In this document: in pieces, positions 58,401 to 64,000 of the stretch
Layout of the letters: every line of letters starts with the position of its first letter
How positions within the stretch are numbered: the first letter of the stretch is position 1
Virus record (IMG/VR): IMGVR_UViG_3300028833_000094
Coordinates: 52,468-116,467 of that record
Strand: one strand, 5' to 3'
Source: a virus
Lineage: Duplodnaviria > Caudoviricetes
Length of the DNA: 64,000 bases
The notes under the pieces: generated by a model
The model's input: only the letters and a program-made list of their open reading frames with translations
What the model was told of the DNA's origin: nothing
Databases searched by the model: none
Made by a program: the position numbers and the translations under genes

Positions 58401-58765
58401 TTAGTATTTTGGAATTCAAAGTTGCCTAATCTTCCAGTTTTCCAATCTACACATAGTTCTCCAAATTCTTTATACTTCTGTTTAGCTTTCTCAAAGTTAT
58501 CTTCAGGAACCTTTACAACAGAAAAGTACTTGTCTAAGTCAGAAATGAAACCGTCAATATTTTGTTCCATCTGGTTTTTTCTGTCCAGATTAGGTTCTGC
58601 ATTGATATACCTTTCAGCTAAGGCTTGTATAACCTTAATAGCATCATTACGAGAAGCATCATTGGTAATGCCATACTTCTGCAGTTGCTCTGCAGAAAGT
58701 TTATCTACTACTCTTGTAGCAAATCTTTTACTCCTAAAATGAGGAATACAACTTGGTTCTGCCAT
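49478..58765 (-). CDS. Virion-packaged DNA-dependent RNA polymerase (crAss-type) with an N-terminal PD-(D/E)XK domain
   Basis: 3095 aa; YRIPTEDKYS and GSDFDIDK (DxDxD) catalytic motifs at about 52430-52560; GKPDLLVID...VLDFKTSK...Y.KQ...Y nuclease motif near 57600-57780. Confidence 0.9.
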   Translation of the reverse strand: MAEPSCIPHFRSKRFATRVVDKLSAEQLQKYGITNDASRNDAIKVIQALAERYINAEPNLDRKNQMEQNIDGFISDLDKYFSVVKVPEDNFEKAKQKYKEFGELCVDWKTGRLGNFEFQNTKENQKDATTVEAILLEYADVVTYRIEKYPNSKLIKSISFILLEPQKSDVKTAQQKTLNTIASIQAIESRYVRPVKDEKGKKTGRSIYNYNGKNILVESVSHNVNGEQDEEKFPVLASRIGTHVDTVGRLAFDKKSKLWENGKLVNDGKLQDIIDTDLRGIFTVSGLKNLIKDFQKLEKQLREKWGDDIQIFSGDLKLFAKQPDSDLWIHGKPDLLVIDKKGIVHVLDFKTSKMNDIKGYQQVLHDKYGTADKYGKQVSRYIRLLESYGLKVDNDPYIILIDTWYDSSDTLKSRKEGNEAVYDIQDTTIELKESGQTLGDYSETIGFPTREDVLTPKEGDERTILYMEPRLHVGFEEGKGFSEELAALRGKEDIPFDSEVSYEQQWATLSDNEKQELQWLFNAKPVVLRTAQGIVTLSENDIESNPELISSQEIQDVAEFVMYRVSRIITDLQKGVGYDAIPDSMANEEGPSTVYSDKSRQEIVKLLGMASKKDGKSVPDNDLVALGLQKLIDIAFENIQSRYNENFPTEQQYKEEDYDDLEFDFEDDADYQSQKNMNDKAKWLIDHKAQLIRMGNSKLIALENFVAPKKVKSEQEEKQEFNPKTPNTVVTSDDMEARGETGDDESTQSFIDLYLEGITDIEAWMMGQRNYSPKASLAQEIKRMFEDIDMKDAKGNKVKDPYGWDFSMALDSTMAIQTVFDTCKNCETMDEMMAALKGAARNPQNSWINQIIDTINMKGNENLKKKFYRHFRKDALTYSIAQAKFDKNTGKRIIEVKVINRKSAYDTIKQSLGASFRNGRVGSYTIDGVEMALINSDEKGNNVLVEYGYGKKKTKVAERIISDIKQWENVITDLYSEAVLKKGDQTLTEYVGDQIQNRKFKIKGSNEEKTIVEAITDILNGIGVRIPQDVVLNTCLQKIAKKRASSNAGTLLRLAKATLTQQLENKDNDFSAFNKKTGFRTYNKILLMVSDAVQEFVEASVYQDGKTYYSYTNPSRIGHIVRNMQDALRDPEKFENYIQDNFGRYNGWFKTVDGSEWLCDWVRQFADTKKGEARQALAHKVELSYIGNQYKNLGALGFQLSILHNYFGSKDDNSTNKDYRWFALPTMSNKPTNEFIRMLKYKNPDEIIDRVLMNTFKQEMNRMVDVLFHFANYNDNVATDQIDLTEKKLKKAGWTQKEINEFIDRIKSQNVTANDLVRLQKVTSGAKFHFLWYLNNEVANNPLLREELTERVNLLLTPEGDQKQSRFKNYDEAGTLDIVRETIATRMEAVVDSEINHMKKIGLFDTETNKIGGKNVKILKYQEEFDGRLGSGENGYDNAVKEMEKALRDFIWQDIAANINIIQITGGDLAYYGNAVNYQKRIAQIHSPGLKVMHDEEYDDGYLRSVHISDEMVRGEIRSNTEVILNEYIEKAGLTGTAKEDYKKMISIILSGLTETEATDGQSYSSPTSIRKKLALQGEWDEDKEKAYQAICKGDFKINHLGIMLQPSKPFVTSDMAKYSGSTTMELRKTPLQDKNSEYLIILAEALARGSGKRSKLVAICDFMEATHKLGNKKQGIDTTHFASVNKVGKSGVIDISAFDKEFNQVLELQKEGELYESETIFGKILDDYRKTNKTKTISEDNYNELLKEYLLRHVKTKGASASNVQNKEDFDANERLVQEGKLKREETYYNSQYVDTIPVEDYIIQQEVPAHLLEHQQLYGSQIRILGISDITPGTEFEVNGVSISDKALVKEYKELHATNIRESFNDLMVELGLDKLNRDGEVRLETIDELPSDERNQVYKNIETLLQKELTKDAKYGPDMYRACTLQYDSDGNVIDFAVPLMDPIQSRRIQELINSIIKKSINKQRITGGPVVQTTAYDRNLHIRFKDKKGNILPTLEEYGGDVEAYKKYLEENQAGIAYFECYMPIPNATIERLMANPDGSMMSFEELKQKLPKDVFDSMMQVIGYRIPTEDKYSMLPLKIMGFVPKAAGQVIMMPQEITYLTGSDFDIDKMYIMMKAFNVKAPIVKKEDRDNHWKKLAKEYFNETGKRWNADWEQTINDIVRIGNDILYGNEKAWRRENITITANTKWEDVVDFIVWYRNKLITEAFEEFTNQQDEKKFNAKKARDNRLLDLQWAVLTNEDTASKMLNPGNFNDQKKVGRIIRLLKDNAADPETGEVYTYEYLNSLDINELDGLLENAEQHNTTLPSSKIYFQRQNMQGTQMVGIFANHNVSHAFMTFQKVGINLQKNPLYDNTFSFDGVLIGDEDNPTILDPQKGFNGQLISKTIASFLAASVDTAKDPVLSDLNVNTFTGGVAMVLARLGFDTASIGLFLSQPVIMQLSDLYFKNNTDGFYKGDTAIEELASSLGMKKKDLQDTDNLKDDRNEYAMNKTNFIEHLNDTDYDEDDNNYQKEVLKCFYRLYQIAHDLGDLTFCTKFNSVSNAVGPTIADTMEDLDRVEKFIEDCETNVFYVPSGELDDEGRDSKGFTDPKDVIFNDPIINAFFEYTAADRRRDKGNSDHDGASTLIFRNFFPHYYPGFQNVRQYFKDNFLGGKKMNSKLYNQLLNEYLYYIMTYQDEDFSPTIPYSEQDKKRLVNNLVTDFQEVLKIEGRRPNMILDQGLGNNCLRVRSADEFLAVDTLIFNTSQLNADGQQKIKNAWSDLITMNDPNLSKEDNERIRRFGVDLFFYNLMRNGFTFSPKTMMTLASVVVRYNATYAEGFQNYITGLRKLKDVDEFLMGRANNLDNIRRFCKQFIRNHANNGQLIPKVDILNSKFGAEIDADTGDWILTAPEGKEANLAKIIPIEGKPYPFITVITKSGKTMTQELYELVETIGGDKVSTDGKGGISVRYKKSNRLGLTNNFIEYDANSDVETSYFEDIRNESIDDMDDEFSTEGQTKDDQDQISGITSPETTFTGYWNNEIMPIIKTLKGPQAGKEGKDYRLKLKKALEKARKTTNSELAQTFNEMLEAKQEERQSLMDKINKIFKEENKC

Positions 58766-58790
58766 TTGTTATTTAATTAATATTTTAAGG

Positions 58791-58798
58791 CAAAAGTA
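58791..58798 (-). promoter_or_regulatory. -7 promoter element for the vRNAP gene
   Basis: TACTTTTG(C) on the - strand, 25 nt before ATG 58765. Confidence 0.6.
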
Positions 58799-58868
58799 AT
58801 ACTTTTACTTATTGTAATCATAAGCTTAAGCAAAACCTTAACCATATTTAAAGGGTTTATTAGAATTT

Positions 58869-58905
58869 AAAAAAGAAAGGGAAGAGTCATAGGCCCTTCC
58901 CTTTA
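58869..58905 (-). terminator. Terminator separating the early-type genes from the vRNAP gene
   Basis: On the - strand: AAAGGGAAGGGC-CTAT-GACTCTTCCCTTT followed by CTTTTTT. Confidence 0.7.
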
Positions 58906-59279
58906 AGTGAGTCAATATTCTCTTGAATAGTTACCATGTGTTCCTGCTTCAATTTTCTATATACACCTGTGTCAACCTGTTCAATATGCCCTCTACTAAT
59001 CCATTTACTGATTAATTTTCCAGTATTTTCAATGTCCATACCATAGGCTATCCTGGTATTAACAACATCTTCAAATGTGAATATTCCAGCAGAATTAGTT
59101 GGAATAGACTGGAGAAGATTAGAAGGTCCCCTTGCCTTGGTATTATTAGAGGATATCTTTGGAGGATTGTGTATTATTTTCCTCTTCCTTTTATTTTGTA
59201 GAAAAAGATAACAGGCACATATTACATTAAGAGTTACAGATGCTGAAACAAAAGCAGTTTTTATTATTCTGTAATCCAT
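58887..59279 (-). CDS. Membrane-anchored protein with a possible winged-helix C-terminus
   Basis: N-terminal TM helix followed by a basic patch; C-terminal W..RG.IE....G.Y. Confidence 0.45.
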   Translation of the reverse strand: MDYRIIKTAFVSASVTLNVICACYLFLQNKRKRKIIHNPPKISSNNTKARGPSNLLQSIPTNSAGIFTFEDVVNTRIAYGMDIENTGKLISKWISRGHIEQVDTGVYRKLKQEHMVTIQENIDSLKGKGL

Positions 59280-59302
59280 CTGATATATTCTATAATCTTA
59301 AA

Positions 59303-59482
59303 TCAGTCATTCCTTCCAGCAAACCATACAGTCTTGATTTTCTCATCAATATGAACAAAGCTCATTGGAGCAGGATGACCATTGTGTTGAACTAGTACTA
59401 TATAATCATCACATTCACCCGACATTAGCTTTTCCATATTTTCTTTGAAAATCGGAAGGGTTCTTAATTCTTTTACTGTCAT
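59303..59482 (-). CDS. 59-aa hypothetical protein (not in the ORF track)
   Basis: MTVKELRTLPIFKENMEKLMSGECDDYIVLVQHNGHPAPMSFVHIDEKIKTVWFAGRND; fills the gap between neighbours. Confidence 0.55.
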   Translation of the reverse strand: MTVKELRTLPIFKENMEKLMSGECDDYIVLVQHNGHPAPMSFVHIDEKIKTVWFAGRND

Positions 59483-59492
59483 GTTTTAGCTA

Positions 59493-60083
59493 TTAAACGA
59501 TTTTAAATTCATGTACAAAGATGAAATTATCATCATCTGTGTTATTGTTCTCATGCTCTTCATTAAACTTGTCTATGTCATGCCAATCCTTAACCTTTCC
59601 ATTGGTTGTTGCATATAACTACTTCAAGGCTTCTCCATCTGTAGTAAAATACTCACTGCTATAATCCCCATTAATACAGGTATCTATATAGTATTTATCA
59701 TTGAAGTACTTACCTTTCTTATCATTGGTAGCATAGATTCCTTCCCCTTCTTCCTCTACAGAATAGAAGACTTTTACAGGTAATGCGGATTCTAAGGCTA
59801 TATGGAAATCAGTAGCTCCCCATGCCTCTTCAGTGCAGAATCTTAGTACAGTATCATTCTCTATCCACCAAGGTCCTTCGTGGATAAAACCTCTCATATA
59901 AAGACCTTTCATTCTATCCAGGTCTCTTCTTACCCAGTTTATTTCCAAAGCATTGAGAATATTACCTTCCCAATCCTTAGAACTTCCTTCTTCCATATCA
60001 TGGTGGAGAATAGCCTGCTCAATCTTTTGAAGAGTTTCCTTAGACCCTTCAATAGCATATTCAGTAAATGCCCAGTTTGCCAT
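59493..60083 (-). pseudogene. Hypothetical gene interrupted by an in-frame TAG (pseudogene or readthrough)
   Basis: TAG at 59619-21 is followed by 41 more protein-like codons, ending at TAA 59493 just before the next gene. Confidence 0.55.
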
Positions 60084-60085
60084 AG

Positions 60086-60493
60086 TTATTCTTCTTTAAT
60101 GATTTCTATTTCATTTGTATCACTATAATAATGTCTCTGTTTAAAGGCATCTGTCACATCATTAATGTTGAGAATAGGAAAAGGAAGAAGAGACTCTGTT
60201 ATTTCTAACTTTAAAAGATCTTCTGGTCTATACCATTCAGCAATTTCTAACTGAAGAATGCAGTAATACTCTTCCGATATTTTATAAGAACGGTTATTAT
60301 CTCCACTATTGATATGAAAAATCAAATTGTACTTTCCTATTTGGTCATAAGTATAGTTGGAACTGCCTACTTCTTTGTAGTCAATGCACTGAATTTTATA
60401 TAGCCATAGTTGTCTTCCAGTATAATCAAAATTTACTGGAGTAAACTTATTGTCTTCTTCAGCAAAAGAACCAAGTTCTACTATTTTTGCCAT
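60086..60493 (-). CDS. Hypothetical protein
   Basis: 135 aa; tightly packed. Confidence 0.6.
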   Translation of the reverse strand: MAKIVELGSFAEEDNKFTPVNFDYTGRQLWLYKIQCIDYKEVGSSNYTYDQIGKYNLIFHINSGDNNRSYKISEEYYCILQLEIAEWYRPEDLLKLEITESLLPFPILNINDVTDAFKQRHYYSDTNEIEIIKEE

Positions 60494-60495
60494 AG

Positions 60496-60786
60496 TTACC
60501 TTCTCTCAATAAACATTCTATATTCTTCCTCTGCAGTAAGCTCTTCATAGACATCCTCTGCATATTCATCCCAAGTGCCTGCAGGAGTATCTTGGATAAT
60601 CCCTGCATGACTATTATCATTGCCATATAGAATAATAGCTTCTCCATTGAAATGTAACATCATGAAGTTATACTTCTCAATACTACTATCCGTATATTCA
60701 ATACATAGTTCTGTAACTTTATTTTCCTCAAGAAGATTGAGAAATGTTATAAAGTCTTTCAGTTTAAAGTATCTTCTTTCCTTCAT
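60496..60786 (-). CDS. Hypothetical protein
   Basis: 96 aa; tightly packed. Confidence 0.6.
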   Translation of the reverse strand: MKERRYFKLKDFITFLNLLEENKVTELCIEYTDSSIEKYNFMMLHFNGEAIILYGNDNSHAGIIQDTPAGTWDEYAEDVYEELTAEEEYRMFIERR

Positions 60787-60899
60787 AGTTCATAGTATTT
60801 CTTATCTTTATTCTTCTCAACTATTTCCTTAAGGGCATGGATGTACTCAGTATAAGTAATTTTATCCTTTTGGAATTTCTTATGAATAGACTCTTCCAT
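60783..60899 (-). CDS. 38-aa hypothetical protein
   Basis: Fills the gap; ATGA overlap with the next gene. Confidence 0.4.
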   Translation of the reverse strand: MEESIHKKFQKDKITYTEYIHALKEIVEKNKDKKYYEL

Positions 60900-60900
60900 A

Positions 60901-61806
60901 TCAATCTTTGATTAATGTACCAAATGCTGCATAGTAACTATCTACATCCATACCCCATGAGAGATTGTACATATCTAGTAAATCATCAAGCTCATAGAAA
61001 CATTTATTTCCCATGTGCCTAAAAGCCCTGACTTCTTTTTCACTATGTCTGACCAAATCTCCTAAAGTCTCTATTTCTGCATATCTAAGAGCATTAAAAG
61101 CTCTCACACTGATATTCAAATTACCTACTTTAGTACTCAGGAGAGTGCATGTATCACTAATTATGTTATCAGCATCTTTGATCCCATCTAAAGACAGTGT
61201 CTTTGCAGCTTCTTTTGCCAAGGCTTTCATCTCTAAAGCCTTTATGGAATTCTCCAAGATATTTACTTTCTCTTCAAGCTCTTCATTATGAGAGATTCTT
61301 TCTTCTATGTTACTGATATCAGAAGCATGTCTGATAGCCTTCTGACACATGAAAGAGACATTCTGAGGAGTGACGCCAAACATCTTAGATATTTCCTTAG
61401 AAGTCTTTCCTTCAAGAATAGCAGTAAGAATAGCTGCTTCTCTGGGAGTAAGACACTTACATAGTACAAGGAGATTGATTACCACATCAAAGAATTTATG
61501 GATGGCTGCTTTCTTCATACTGAAATTAATCAGCTTACCAACCCTATATTCTTCGTGCAGTTCCTCTTCAAGCTTCTTATACTTCTTAATCTCTGATTCA
61601 TACTTTGCTTTCTCTTCAGCAAGGAGTCTCTTAGATTCTTCTGTACTTGTCAGTTCTGGGAAGAGAGCATCAATCTGTTCCTCATTTACATAGTGTACAT
61701 GAGGCCTCTTTATGATATCTATGATGCCTTTCTCTCCCCAGTTCCTGATAGTCTGTACATCGACTCCTAACTTCTGAGCAGCGTCTTTTGCTTTGATTAA
61801 TCTCAT
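60901..61806 (-). CDS. Transcription regulator: MerR-type HTH, sigma70-R4/LuxR-like HTH and RNA polymerase alpha C-terminal domain
   Basis: DAAQKLGVDVQTIRNW; LTPREAAIL...G.T.KEIS..FGVT; LNISVRAFNALRYAEIETLGDLV...FRHMGNKCFYEL (alphaCTD signature). Confidence 0.8.
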   Translation of the reverse strand: MRLIKAKDAAQKLGVDVQTIRNWGEKGIIDIIKRPHVHYVNEEQIDALFPELTSTEESKRLLAEEKAKYESEIKKYKKLEEELHEEYRVGKLINFSMKKAAIHKFFDVVINLLVLCKCLTPREAAILTAILEGKTSKEISKMFGVTPQNVSFMCQKAIRHASDISNIEERISHNEELEEKVNILENSIKALEMKALAKEAAKTLSLDGIKDADNIISDTCTLLSTKVGNLNISVRAFNALRYAEIETLGDLVRHSEKEVRAFRHMGNKCFYELDDLLDMYNLSWGMDVDSYYAAFGTLIKD

Positions 61807-62240
61807 TCTCCTTCTTTCTTACCGAAATTCATCAGGTTATCAACAATAGTCTGAAGGGCATTAATCCAATAGTAGTCTCCATCACAGTTGATGCCAAAGA
61901 GAACAATATCATTATCATTATAAGCTTTCTCAATGACGTCAAATATCTCTTTAGTCCTTACTTCTCCATACCAAGAGCACTCCATCATAAGGAACTGTTT
62001 AACATATTCAACATCTTTTTCTGTTTGCATCTTAATGCCTATAACCTCATGTTCATCCATTCCACCCATAAGATCCCAAGCATTTTCCCTATCTACAATA
62101 AGCTTGGCAATTCTTGCTCTGATTACTCCCTTAGCAGATTCTTCATACTTCTGACACTCTGCCTTATCATGGAACTCTGTGCCGTCAAGGGCTTCATACA
62201 CTGTGTACTTCTGTACTTGTTCTTTTGTTACTTCTTTCAT
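61803..62240 (-). CDS. Hypothetical protein
   Basis: 145 aa; Y.A.DGTEF....C..YE motif common in phages. Confidence 0.65.
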   Translation of the reverse strand: MKEVTKEQVQKYTVYEALDGTEFHDKAECQKYEESAKGVIRARIAKLIVDRENAWDLMGGMDEHEVIGIKMQTEKDVEYVKQFLMMECSWYGEVRTKEIFDVIEKAYNDNDIVLFGINCDGDYYWINALQTIVDNLMNFGKKEGE

Positions 62241-62255
62241 AGTTGTTGGGTTTAA

Positions 62256-62585
62256 TCAAATAATATTTTCTTGATATAATCTTTTCTTGAAATCTTCGAT
62301 AAGAGCCTTGAGAGAGTCTCCATCATCTACTGACCAGTGAATACCTTCTGGAATAGAAATATCAAAGTAGCAGCCTTCTTTCTTTTCTGCTTCTTTTATT
62401 CCACAACAATCACTATACTGAGTAGTAATAGTGATTTCCTGGATGCGTTCTTGCTCATCACAAGTATCAGCAGGCTGGATATAGGTAATAGACATTTTTT
62501 CTATTCCAGCCGCAGACACTTTTTCATCCATCATGATTTTTTCTAAATCCCCGATGTAATTTACAGGTGTTACTTTTGTTTTCAT
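62256..62585 (-). CDS. Hypothetical protein
   Basis: 109 aa. Confidence 0.6.
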   Translation of the reverse strand: MKTKVTPVNYIGDLEKIMMDEKVSAAGIEKMSITYIQPADTCDEQERIQEITITTQYSDCCGIKEAEKKEGCYFDISIPEGIHWSVDDGDSLKALIEDFKKRLYQENII

Positions 62586-62803
62586 AACTTATCTTTTATT
62601 CTTTGATACTCTGCATTAGACATAGCTCTCCAACTCTTTTCTGAGACTTGAATAAGCCAGTCATTCTCTCTTGCATAGTGTGCCTTGGATTCAAAGGTTC
62701 CCTTGAATCTGAAATGCCCTGAGACTGTCTTAAAACACATCTCAACACAAGGTAACTGCATGACAGTACCTAAGTTCTCCCTATTGATTTGTATTGCCTT
62801 CAT
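62582..62803 (-). CDS. Hypothetical protein
   Basis: 73 aa; ATGA overlap. Confidence 0.55.
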   Translation of the reverse strand: MKAIQINRENLGTVMQLPCVEMCFKTVSGHFRFKGTFESKAHYARENDWLIQVSEKSWRAMSNAEYQRIKDKL

Positions 62804-62897
62804 CTCTCTCCTTTTTCCAAATATGAGATAAAATTATAAAGTTTACTAATACTACTACAGCACCTAATGCTGCTCCTAATAAGAATGCTATCATCAT
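62781..62897 (-). CDS. 38-aa single-TM peptide
   Basis: MMIAFLLGAALGAVVVLVNFIILSHIWKKERDEGNTNQ; ATGA overlap with the upstream gene. Confidence 0.45.
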   Translation of the reverse strand: MMIAFLLGAALGAVVVLVNFIILSHIWKKERDEGNTNQ

Positions 62898-63100
62898 GAT
62901 TCTGATTTATAATATTTATTAATAGGTTTTATATAACCGAAAGTAATATATAGTTTCAGCCAGATAATATCAAGAGTCCATCCTTCTGGCAGTTTGTAAA
63001 AATAGAATGTAGGTAGTACAAACAAACCACGCGAGAAGTCATGCCACACACATTCAGCAATGACTATAATGCGGTTACGTTTCTTTAATTTGATTTTCAT
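62894..63100 (-). CDS. Hypothetical protein
   Basis: 68 aa; LPT...WL motif. Confidence 0.5.
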   Translation of the reverse strand: MKIKLKKRNRIIVIAECVWHDFSRGLFVLPTFYFYKLPEGWTLDIIWLKLYITFGYIKPINKYYKSES

Positions 63101-63102
63101 TA

Positions 63103-63270
63103 TTATTTGGTTTTAAGTTGTCCTTCACATTTAGATGGATCCCTATCTATCTCATCATTATAACATATAGTTTCCTCATGCAGACCTGGGGTTTCCCCAA
63201 ATAATGGGTCTCCCATATATGTTAACTTGCCTGCATGAGGACATTCCATGCCTTTAAATTTACAATTCAT
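63103..63270 (-). CDS. 55-aa Cys-containing hypothetical protein
   Basis: Fills the gap with 2-nt spacing on both sides; four Cys. Confidence 0.45.
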   Translation of the reverse strand: MNCKFKGMECPHAGKLTYMGDPLFGETPGLHEETICYNDEIDRDPSKCEGQLKTK

Positions 63271-63272
63271 AA

Positions 63273-63647
63273 TTAAATCAAATTTTCAAGTACATATTTC
63301 AATGCTGATTCGACGGCTTCTTTGGAAGACTTATGATAAGTCCCTCCCCAATAATCACCATTAATTTTAGTTTCCGCTATATTCCATAAATAAGGAAGTT
63401 CCTTATTAAAGTCAAAACGAGAATATTCTACCCATATGTGCAAGCCATATACTTCCCTCAACCACTTCATTGCCATTTGGTGAGTCGGGGCAGAGAAAGT
63501 GGAAACACATGCAGTATTTTTATCTTTTAAACCTATCGCTTTTTCTATTTTTCCATTAGAAAAATAATAATATAAACAAGGTTCAACAAATCCTTTTTCT
63601 TTGAGCAGCTTTGCCACTTCAAAAGAGCAAAAATCCTCAGTCAACAT
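63273..63647 (-). CDS. Conserved Bacteroidota-phage hypothetical protein
   Basis: SFEVAKLLKEKGF and APT..MA.KWLRE motifs. Confidence 0.7.
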   Translation of the reverse strand: MLTEDFCSFEVAKLLKEKGFVEPCLYYYFSNGKIEKAIGLKDKNTACVSTFSAPTHQMAMKWLREVYGLHIWVEYSRFDFNKELPYLWNIAETKINGDYWGGTYHKSSKEAVESALKYVLENLI

Positions 63648-63651
63648 AGCT

Positions 63652-64000
63652 TTATTCTTTATAAGGGTTATTATCTTCTGTTACTTCAATAGCAAGACCT
63701 TTAGGAATTAATCCATTTATATCAAAGTGTTTAGAGAGATACCAACTCAATTCTTCAAAAGTGTCTTTAGCCGTATGACTTCCCCAAAAGTTTTTAATCA
63801 GTTCCTCTTTCTCTTCCTCAGTCATACTTGATAGTGTACGAAGATATGGTTTAATGTTGCATTCATTATCATTAAAGTAGTCTCTTTTTGTAGCTTCAAT
63901 ATTCACACCATATTCATTTCCAAATATAGTTTGATTTATACTACATAGATGTCCGTCACCTTTAGGGGTGTTTACAACCACCCCATAAGGCAGTTTTGCA
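63652..64000 (-). CDS. Conserved hypothetical protein, 5' end outside the window
   Basis: Frame is open to the window edge (LPYGV); PYLR.LSSMTEEE and HFD..GLI.KGLAIE motifs. Confidence 0.65.
   Translation of the reverse strand, partial: AKLPYGVVVNTPKGDGHLCSINQTIFGNEYGVNIEATKRDYFNDNECNIKPYLRTLSSMTEEEKEELIKNFWGSHTAKDTFEELSWYLSKHFDINGLIPKGLAIEVTEDNNPYKE

Noticed and set aside
189-62546. Numerous 60-210 aa antisense or alternate-frame ORFs in the track (e.g. 5144-5623, 16173-16751, 52289-52921)
   Set aside because: They are shadows of real genes with biased codon usage, with no promoters or recognisable motifs.
1-64000. Genome-wide stop-codon reassignment (TAG=Gln or TGA=Trp)
   Set aside because: ORFs of up to 3095 aa are intact in the standard code with dense packing, and TGA ends several genes. 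Only two suggestive TAG cases exist, and they are reported separately.
1-64000. tRNA, rRNA, self-splicing introns, inteins, integrase or IS elements
   Set aside because: No recognisable cloverleaf, homing endonuclease, intein motif or transposase by eye. tRNAscan-SE and Infernal would be needed to exclude them fully.

Overview
This window is 64 kb of a crAss-like bacteriophage (Crassvirales) genome. The gene order resembles the PhiCrAss001-type (Steigviridae-like) virion module, and the TAnnTTTG promoters indicate a Bacteroidota host. On the + strand, 1-29.6 kb carries the C-terminal part of the major capsid protein, three paralogous tail-ring genes, an auxiliary capsid protein, tail-hub and ring genes, an IHF-like gene, the muzzle and large cargo (ejection) genes, with the portal gene sitting among the cargo genes. 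A divergent modular glucosaminidase, a holin/amidase lysis pair, a six-gene operon of unknown function, a tail-fibre/receptor-binding block and small regulatory and membrane genes follow. The - strand (44.9-64 kb) carries a zincin-like cargo protein, the 3095-aa virion RNA polymerase (DFDID motif, N-terminal PD-(D/E)XK domain) and small early-type genes, including an HTH-alphaCTD fusion. The main unexplained signals are: (1) about ten sequence-variable, structure-conserved 7-bp-stem/5-nt-loop hairpins at gene junctions; (2) a recurring [FYM]xxGG motif that separates domains in putative cargo proteins and also occurs in an unannotated 44-aa peptide; (3) terminal cysteines that could link the giant ejection proteins head to tail; (4) two in-frame TAG codons that may be read through; (5) the uncharacterised operon at 32.9-35.9 kb. 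All family assignments come from recalled motifs and synteny; no database search was run.
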